DNA of 64,000 nt from Paraphysomonas bandaiensis (Eukaryota > Protista > Chrysophyceae). The translations under genes and the position numbers were made by a program. Under the pieces are notes generated by a model. That model was given only the letters and a program-made list of their open reading frames with translations, did not search any database and was not told the DNA's origin. This document shows positions 54,701 through 64,000 of the stretch, in pieces; the first letter of the stretch is position 1, and each line of letters begins with the position of its first letter. The stretch is taken from NCBI GenBank assembly GCA_965644295.1, contig CBFFRP010000563.1:2246-66245 (forward strand). Reading direction: 5' to 3'.

Positions 54701-57270
54701 CTACTACATATCATTCTGATGCTGCATTGTTATTCCTGATGGTTATTATGATTTCGATGATGACTTTGTGTATGTGGTCAATGTATAGTTTGATGATGTG
54801 GCATGTGATGAGTGATAGTATTATCTGTCAATCCGCTGATATCTCTCACGAGAATCTGACGAGAGTCTACTACATATCATTCTGATGCTGCATTGTTATT
54901 CCTGATGGTTATTATGATTTCGATGATGACTTTGTGTATGTGGTCAATGTATAGTTTGATGATGTGGCATGTGATGAGTGATAGTATTATCTGTCAATCC
55001 GCTGATATCTCTCACGAGAATCTGACGAGAGTCTACTACATATCATTCTGATGCTGCATTGTTATTCCTGATGGTTATTATGATTTCGATGATGACTTTG
55101 TGTATGTGGTCAATGTATAGTTTGATGATGTGGCATGTGATGAGTGATAGTATTATCTGTCAATCCGCTGATATCTCTCACGAGAATCTGACGAGAGTCT
55201 ACTACATATCATTCTGATGCTGCATTGTTATTCCTGATGGTTATTATGATTTCGATGATGACTTTGTGTATGTGGTCAATGTATAGTTTGATGATGTGGC
55301 ATGTGATGAGTGATAGTATTATCTGTCAATCCGCTGATATCTCTCACGAGAATCTGACGAGAGTCTACTACATATCATTCTGATGCTGCATTGTTATTCC
55401 TGATGGTTATTATGATTTCGATGATGACTTTGTGTATGTGGTCAATGTATAGTTTGATGATGTGGCATGTGATGAGTGATAGTATTATCTGTCAATCCGC
55501 TGATATCTCTCACGAGAATCTGACGAGAGTCTACTACATATCATTCTGATGCTGCATTGTTATTCCTGATGGTTATTATGATTTCGATGATGACTTTGTG
55601 TATGTGGTCAATGTATAGTTTGATGATGTGGCATGTGATGAGTGATAGTATTATCTGTCAATCCGCTGATATCTCTCACGAGAATCTGACGAGAGTCTAC
55701 TACATATCATTCTGATGCTGCATTGTTATTCCTGATGGTTATTATGATTTCGATGATGACTTTGTGTATGTGGTCAATGTATAGTTTGATGATGTGGCAT
55801 GTGATGAGTGATAGTATTATCTGTCAATCCGCTGATATCTCTCACGAGAATCTGACGAGAGTCTACTACATATCATTCTGATGCTGCATTGTTATTCCTG
55901 ATGGTTATTATGATTTCGATGATGACTTTGTGTATGTGGTCAATGTATAGTTTGATGATGTGGCATGTGATGAGTGATAGTATTATCTGTCAATCCGCTG
56001 ATATCTCTCACGAGAATCTGACGAGAGTCTACTACATATCATTCTGATGCTGCATTGTTATTCCTGATGGTTATTATGATTTCGATGATGACTTTGTATA
56101 TGTGGTCAATGTATAGTTTGATGATGTGGCATGTGATGAGTGATAGTATTATCTGTCAATCCGCTGATATCTCTCACGAGAATCTGACGAGAGTCTACTA
56201 CATATCATTCTGATGCTGCATTGTTATTCCTGATGGTTATTATGATTTCGATGATGACTTTGTATATGTGGTCAATGTATAGTTTGATGATGTGGCATGT
56301 GATGAGTGATAGTATTATCTGTCAATCCGCTGATATCTCTCACGAGAATCTGACGAGAGTCTACTACATATCATTCTGATGCTGCATTGTTATTCCTGAT
56401 GGTTATTATGATTTCGATGATGACTTTGTATATGTGGTCAATGTATAGTTTGATGATGTGGCATGTGATGAGTGATAGTATTATCTGTCAATCCGCTGAT
56501 ATCTCTCACGAGAATCTGACGAGAGTCTACTACATATCATTCTGATGCTGCATTGTTATTCCTGATGGTTATTATGATTTCGATGATGACTTTGTGTATG
56601 TGGTCAATGTATAGTTTGATGATGTGGCATGTGATGAGTGATAGTATTATCTGTCAATCCGCTGATATCTCTCACGAGAATCTGACGAGAGTCTACTACA
56701 TATCATTCTGATGCTGCATTGTTATTCCTGATGGTTATTATGATTTCGATGATGACTTTGTGTATGTGGTCAATGTATAGTTTGATGATGTGGCATGTGA
56801 TGAGTGATAGTATTATCTGTCAATCCGCTGATATCTCTCACGAGAATCTGACGAGAGTCTACTACATATCATTCTGATGCTGCATTGTTATTCCTGATGG
56901 TTATTATGATTTCGATGATGACTTTGTGTATGTGGTCCATGTAATGTATTGTTGTTGTTTTTTTTCTAAATTTTTTTGTGCAGTAGATGATGAGCGCTCT
57001 CTTCTTGTTTCGAATGATGATTCTTCGAATCCATTGGAGGCGAGTACGGCGGCTTTAGATGTGTTAAAGCAAGCCACTGTGATTGTTGAGAAGCATGTGA
57101 GGGCTCTTCAAAGAGGGGTAACTGCTACTCACATGACCACGCCAGAGATTATGCGAAGATACAACACAGTTACATCGTCGCCGCATACAGGCAATAAAAT
57201 TACTTCGCACAATTCTTCGAAGACTAAAGATTATAATTACGGTAGTATAGAAATGCCACTGCAGGAGTAA
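51724..57270 (+). CDS. CRT-like (chloroquine resistance transporter / CLT family) DMT transporter
   Basis: Exons ~51724-52435, 52481-52683, 52778-52942, 53007-53163 and 56984-57270. About 10 TM helices. Motifs QTIINQMIIP, ALSNIYKE, SFWQLWIG, DGFTCFMGTNP..C, NFIYNIMMLAITKRGSA. Confidence 0.85.
53279..56936 (+). repeat. Intronic tandem array, 22 x 166 bp, nearly identical
   Basis: The unit start tgtggtc recurs every 166 nt from 53279 to 56931 (3652 = 22 x 166). The only variant seen is a G/A in the spacer (tgtgtatg vs tgtatatg). Confidence 0.98.
53307..53394 (+). ncRNA. Box C/D snoRNA guiding 18S rRNA 2'-O-methylation (SNORD110/HBII-55-type target); first of 22 copies, last at 56793-56880
   Basis: Box C GTGATGA 53311-53317; guide ATCTGTCAATCC 53329-53340; D' CTGA 53342-53345; internal tctc/gaga hairpin; C' TGACGA 53363-53368; D CTGA 53388-53391; terminal stem gatgtggca/tgctgcatt. 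Sense to the host gene. Confidence 0.85.
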
Positions 57271-57849
57271 ATGTAGGACAAGTGGATTATGTTATTGTTT
57301 TGTTGATAACGATTTTGACATAGAACGAGCTTGAAGATGAGAGATAATAAATATATAAGCAGTTTTATAATTAGAATTTTAACAAAGTGTTTACACTATC
57401 TACTTCTTGGTTAGTACTCGAAAGAACAGCAGCGCTTTTTCCTACGATATTCAATGTGAGAATAGTTCTATTATTCTTACATAAAGCATATGGTCCAGCA
57501 TGAGTTGAAATGAAATCTACTCCTATATATATACAAGTCGTGTGTATTATAAAATCAACTGAATAAATGGTTGTAGATAAATATTAGTACTAGCGGTTTC
57601 AAATCAATCACACTATCATAACAATGTGATCATACAATATCTTGAGTTTGGAGTAATTTTTATATTGAGCTTTGCTATTTGATGGCAATGAAAAGCTGAA
57701 GTTCTATGACCGTTACATGAAGGAATACAGTTGTTATTCGCAGTATTACATGCACTATTGAGATTATGGTAATCATGAGTAGTGAAGCTGAAATATACTG
57801 ACTGTATAAGATCGTATGAAAATGATTGGTACTTGAGATAGTGTAAATT

Positions 57850-58330
57850 TCCCTCAACAAAGTCGAACTCGCACCTTTTCGTGGTGTTCTGGAGGATAAG
57901 TACCGGACAGATTCTCTCTGGAAAACTAACGTGAGCCGCATACGCAGTCAGCAGATAGAGTTCTGCCCTCTCATAGCCATGTGCTTGTGTGGTACAAGGG
58001 ACACCAATAAGTGTCACTTGTGTAGACGTCTTTGGGCCCTGACGAATAAACAGGCATCCGGGACAGGGCCCACCTGAAGGGTAACCGGGGTATTGGGCTG
58101 CCTGCTGAAGTCAAGCATCCGGGATGTTCACCTTAAGAACTCAGAGTGGAAGTGGTCGCACCTTGGTGATTGCGGTGACGCACAAGCAGCTTCCGTAGCG
58201 TTAAGTAGTAGGATGAAAAAAGTGTTTGCTGATTAGTTACAAGTAGAAGTCTAACTAGTATGTCTAGCATTCATCTAGCTACTAAGTTGGTGCAGGTTTT
58301 TAACGCCTATTGCTAATAATAAGACTTTCA
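57850..58330 (+). repeat. Dispersed repeat family B, copy 2
   Basis: Direct repeat with 58722-59190 (ccctcaacaaagtcgaactcgca...) and inverted with 10150-10590. Confidence 0.85.
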
Positions 58331-58721
58331 ATATATATGTAATTTGGCGAATGACAATGAATGATATGTGAGATTCATCATAATTTATAATTATAGCATT
58401 GAGTGTGAACAGGAAGTATCTTGTATATTTTATATGTTATCTAGCGACAAAAATTGCATAAATGGTAAATTACATTCCTTATGACACAATCCATTGTCCA
58501 AGTGTTGGTCAACTTCAAATTTTGTCATGAAATTAGGATTATGAGGCCATTCTTTAGTGACAATCCAAATTTCATGATCCCAGGTAAACAACAGTACAAT
58601 TAAATACACACTAATAACATATAGAAATTGACGTTAATATTCGTTACATTAAAATGGATATATATCTGACGGTTACATATAGTGGTGAGATGAATGCAGA
58701 TGTTACGATGATATTTCTATG

Positions 58722-59190
58722 AGCCCTCAACAAAGTCGAACTCGCATCTTTTCGTGGTGTTCTGGGGGATAAGTACCGGAGAGGTTTTCTTTGGGAAAAT
58801 AACGTGAGCCGCATACGCAGTCAGCAGATAGAGTTCCGCCCTCTCATAGCCTGCTTGTGTGGTGCAAGTGCAGGGACACTGATGTAAGTGTTACTTGTGT
58901 AGACGTCTCTGGGCTCTGACGAATACACAGGCATCCAGGAACAGGGTCCATCTGAAGGGCATCCGGGACAGTGAGATGCATGCTGAAGTCAAGCATCCGA
59001 GCTGCTCATCTGAAGGACTCAACCATCCTGAAGTCAGCAGGAGTCAGTGATTGAGTGAAAGTGGAGATGGTTGCATTTTGATGCATACAATGATGATATC
59101 AGCAACTATCGTAGCATGATATTGTAAGATATCAGAGTTATGCATTGACTGTTCCACGCTTCTTGTTAATATGCAAGACCTTCACTACCA
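58722..59190 (+). repeat. Dispersed repeat family B, copy 3
   Basis: Diverged direct repeat of 57850-58330. Confidence 0.85.
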
Positions 59191-59348
59191 TATCCATCTA
59201 TACTTATATAAAAGTCAGTTAAGAAAATCTTAAAAAATAGCCAATATTTGGTTTTTTTAAGGGGTTTTGGGATTTTGGGTATGAAAAATGGACTTATTTG
59301 GACCCGGTCATCCCTTCCATACAGCTCCCACTTTGGCCCAGCATTTTC

Positions 59349-59420
59349 CAGACCATACCAGGCCAGACCAGACCAGGCCAGACCAGACCAGACCAGACCA
59401 GGCCAGACCAGACCAGACCC
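59349..59420. repeat. (CCAGA)n pentanucleotide repeat
   Basis: Direct observation. Confidence 0.9.
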
Positions 59421-59591
59421 AAGAGACGGTATATAGAAGTGGATGGGGGTTGTTTTTTTGGGGGAGGGAAATTTTCACATCTATAAAACAAGGAAAATTT
59501 CAAAATAGTTGAGTTTTTGTAACTAAAACTGGCATATTTATGGAATGAGTTTGTTCATAGTGAAGAGTCGTAGAGTTGGTGTTGTTAATAG

Positions 59592-59742
59592 CAGTCTCAC
59601 GTATCGGCATCCTTTGTGTATTTTTGTTCAAAGATGCCTCTAATATTGAGACAATAATTATCAGTATTCCAGCTGTAGTTGTATGTATGTACTATAGACA
59701 ATTTTTACTTCAATTTATTTCCGAATAATAAGATGCTGACTC
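59592..59742 (-). repeat. Dispersed MITE-like repeat family A, copy 3
   Basis: Reverse complement of 523-665. The terminus reads cagtctcacgtatcggcatcc. Confidence 0.85.
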
Positions 59743-59821
59743 TGATACACATCTCACATCATCTCAATCCATATACATACATTGAAATAAAGCCAATCCA
59801 TCCCATAATTCTCATTAAAAG

Positions 59822-60108
59822 ATGAAAGATTTTAATAAAACTATTAATAAAAAACGTAAATTATCATTCTTAAGATCAACAGGTGTGTGTATGTGTGTAT
59901 ATGGAGAGATGGAGGGGTATGAGTGTAATTGTTGATTAATGCAGCTATGAAGAGACTGAAAACATCAGAAACAAATCAAAGTCATGAAGAAAAACAATCA
60001 AATCCATATTTAAAAGAAGTTTTAAAATTAAAAAAAACTATCAAGAATTGGGACTGTTTATTCAGTGCAGATGCAGAGAGACGCATGGAAGACTGGATCC
60101 GTATAGAT
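59822..60108 (+). CDS. First two exons of an unknown gene that continues beyond the window
   Basis: Exon 59822-59882 plus 59945-60108 join in frame (MKDFNKTINKKRKLSFLRSTAMKRLK...ERRMEDWIRID), followed by the donor GTAAGA. Confidence 0.6.
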
Positions 60109-63100
60109 GTAAGATACATGTGCACTATACACTATATATGTATATGTATGGAAGACTGGATCCGTATAGATGTAAGATACATGTGCACTATACACTATAT
60201 ATGTATGTATGGAAGACTGGATCCGTATAGATGTAAGATACATGTGCACTATACACTATATATGTATATGTATGGAAGACTGGATCCGTATAGATGTAAG
60301 ATACATGTGCACTATACACTATATATGTATATGTATGGAAGACTGGATCCGTATAGATGTAAGATACATGTGCACTATACACTATATATGTATGTATGGA
60401 AGACTGGATCCGTATAGATGTAAGATACATGTGCACTATACACTATATATGTATATGTATGGAAGACTGGATCCGTATAGATGTAAGATACATGTGCACT
60501 ATACACTATATATGTATGTATGGAAGACTGGATCCGTATAGATGTAAGATACATGTGCACTATACACTATATATGTATATGTATGGAAGACTGGATCCGT
60601 ATAGATGTAAGATACATGTGCACTATACACTATATATGTATATGTATGGAAGACTGGATCCGTATAGATGTAAGATACATGTGCACTATACACTATATAT
60701 GTATATGTATGGAAGACTGGATCCGTATAGATGTAAGATACATGTGCACTATACACTATATATGTATATGTATGGAAGACTGGATCCGTATAGATGTAAG
60801 ATACATGTGCACTATACACTATATATGTATATGTATGGAAGACTGGATCCGTATAGATGTAAGATACATGTGCACTATACACTATATATGTATATGTATG
60901 GAAGACTGGATCCGTATAGATGTAAGATACATGTGCACTATACACTATATATGTATATGTATGGAAGACTGGATCCGTATAGATGTAAGATACATGTGCA
61001 CTATACACTATATATGTATGTATATGTATGTATGGAAGACTGGATCCGTATAGATGTAAGATACATGTGCACTATATATGTATATGTATGGAAGACTGGA
61101 TCCGTATAGATGTAAGATACATGTGCACTATACACTATATATGTATATGTATGGAAGACTGGATCCGTATAGATGTAAGATACATGTGCACTATACACTA
61201 TATATGTATATGTATGGAAGACTGGATCCGTATAGAGGTAAGATACATGTGCACTATACACTATATATGTATATGTATGGAAGACTGGATCCGTATAGAT
61301 GTAAGATACATGTGCACTATACACTATATATGTATGTATATGTATGTATGGAAGACTGGATCCGTATAGATGTAAGATACATGTGCACTATACACTATAT
61401 ATGTATATGTATGGAAGACTGGATCCGTATAGATGTAAGATACATGTGCACTATACACTATATATGTATATGTATGGAAGACTGGATCCGTATAGATGTA
61501 AGATACATGTGCACTATACACTATATATGTATATGTATGCATGGAAGACTGGATCCGTATAGATGTAAGATACATGTGCACTATACACTATATATGTATA
61601 TGTATGGAAGACTGGATCCGTATAGATGTAAGATACATGTGCACTATACACTATATATGTATATGTATGGAAGACTGGATCCGTATAGATGTAAGATACA
61701 TGTGCACTATACACTATATATGTATATGTATGCATGGAAGACTGGATCCGTATAGAGGTAAGATACATGTGCACTATACACTATATATGTATATGTATGG
61801 AAGACTGGATCCGTATAGATGTAAGATACATGTGCACTATACACTATATATGTATGTATATGTATGTATGGAAGACTGGATCCGTATAGATGTAAGATAC
61901 ATGTGCACTATACACTATATATGTATATGTATGGAAGACTGGATCCGTATAGATGTAAGATACATGTGCACTATACACTATATATGTATATGTATGGAAG
62001 ACTGGATCCGTATAGATGTAAGATACATGTGCACTATACACTATATATGTATATGTATGGAAGACTGGATCCGTATAGATGTAAGATACATGTGCACTAT
62101 ACACTATATATGTATATGTATGGAAGACTGGATCCGTATAGATGTAAGATACATGTGCACTATACACTATATATGTATATGTATGGAAGACTGGATCCGT
62201 ATAGATGTAAGATACATGTGCACTATACACTATATATGTATATGTATGGAAGACTGGATCCGTATAGATGTAAGATACATGTGCACTATACACTATATAT
62301 GTATATGTATGGAAGACTGGATCCGTATAGATGTAAGATACATGTGCACTATATATGTATATGTATGGAAGACTGGATCCGTATAGATGTAAGATACATG
62401 TGCACTATACACTATATATGTATATGTATGTATGGAAGACTGGATCCGTATAGATGTAAGATACATGTGCACTATACACTATATATGTATATGTATGGAA
62501 GACTGGATCCGTATAGATGTAAGATACATGTGCACTATACACTATATATGTATATGTATGGAAGACTGGATCCGTATAGATGTAAGATACATGTGCACTA
62601 TACACTATATATGTATATGTATGGAAGACTGGATCCGTATAGATGTAAGATACATGTGCACTATACACTATATATGTATATGTATGGAAGACTGGATCCG
62701 TATAGATGTAAGATACATGTGCACTATACACTATATATGTATATGTATGCATGGAAGACTGGATCCGTATAGATGTAAGATACATGTGCACTATACACTA
62801 TATATGTATATGTATGGAAGACTGGATCCGTATAGATGTAAGATACATGTGCACTATACACTATATATGTATGTATATGTATGTATGGAAGACTGGATCC
62901 GTATAGATGTAAGATACATGTGCACTATACACTATATATGTATATGTATGGAAGACTGGATCCGTATAGATGTAAGATACATGTGCACTATACACTATAT
63001 ATGTATATGTATGGAAGACTGGATCCGTATAGATGTAAGATACATGTGCACTATACACTATATATGTATATGTATGGAAGACTGGATCCGTATAGATGTA

Positions 63101-64000
63101 AGATACATGTGCACTATACACTATATATGTATATGTATGGAAGACTGGATCCGTATAGATGTAAGATACATGTGCACTATACACTATATATGTATATGTA
63201 TGGAAGACTGGATCCGTATAGATGTAAGATACATGTGCACTATACACTATATATGTATATGTATGGAAGACTGGATCCGTATAGATGTAAGATACATGTG
63301 CACTATATATGTATATGTATGGAAGACTGGATCCGTATAGATGTAAGATACATGTGCACTATACACTATATATGTATATGTATGTATGGAAGACTGGATC
63401 CGTATAGATGTAAGATACATGTGCACTATACACTATATATGTATATGTATGCATGGAAGACTGGATCCGTATAGATGTAAGATACATGTGCACTATACAC
63501 TATATATGTATATGTATGGAAGACTGGATCCGTATAGATGTAAGATACATGTGCACTATACACTATATATGTATATGTATGGAAGACTGGATCCGTATAG
63601 ATGTAAGATACATGTGCACTATACACTATATATGTATATGTATGCATGGAAGACTGGATCCGTATAGAGGTAAGATACATGTGCACTATACACTATATAT
63701 GTATATGTATGGAAGACTGGATCCGTATAGATGTAAGATACATGTGCACTATACACTATATATGTATGTATATGTATGTATGGAAGACTGGATCCGTATA
63801 GATGTAAGATACATGTGCACTATACACTATATATGTATATGTATGGAAGACTGGATCCGTATAGATGTAAGATACATGTGCACTATACACTATATATGTA
63901 TATGTATGGAAGACTGGATCCGTATAGATGTAAGATACATGTGCACTATACACTATATATGTATATGTATGGAAGACTGGATCCGTATAGATGTAAGATA
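60085..64000 (+). repeat. ~63-bp tandem array (~60+ copies) spanning an exon end and 5' splice site
   Basis: Unit atggaagactggatccgtatagat|gtaagatacatgtgcactatacactatatatgtatatgt, with length variants of about 56-71 bp. Confidence 0.98.

Noticed and set aside
60085-64000. CRISPR-like periodicity (also at 53279-56936)
   Set aside because: No unique spacers, no cas genes, and a eukaryotic context.

Overview
Eukaryotic, AT-rich, intron-containing genomic DNA, inferred to be a stramenopile-like protist from its eEF3, large NAD-GDH, CRT-like transporter and Crinkler-type REase. Supported genes: a Mesh/SUSD2-like NIDO-IPT-AMOP-VWD-Sushi membrane protein, a cyclin-Y-like protein, intronless eEF3, a CRN/REase-fold ORF, a ~25-intron NAD-glutamate dehydrogenase, eIF4G with two PAM2 motifs, a ~1650-aa secreted N-glycosylated coiled-coil protein, a CRT-like transporter, and the 5' end of an unknown gene. 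Transposon relics include a Copia gag-protease, a MULE-like element with a 10-bp TSD, MITEs and dispersed repeats; there is also a 1.3-kb foldback hairpin. Top finding: the last intron of the CRT-like gene holds 22 near-identical 166-bp tandem units. Each unit contains a complete box C/D snoRNA (C, D', C', D boxes, G-U-rich terminal stem, 12-nt guide complementary to 18S rRNA GGAUUGACAGAU, the SNORD110-type target), forming a tandemly amplified intronic snoRNA array. The two flanking genes also carry intronic tandem arrays, one of which multiplies an exon end plus its 5' splice site about 60 times. Gene models were spliced by eye and no database searches were run.
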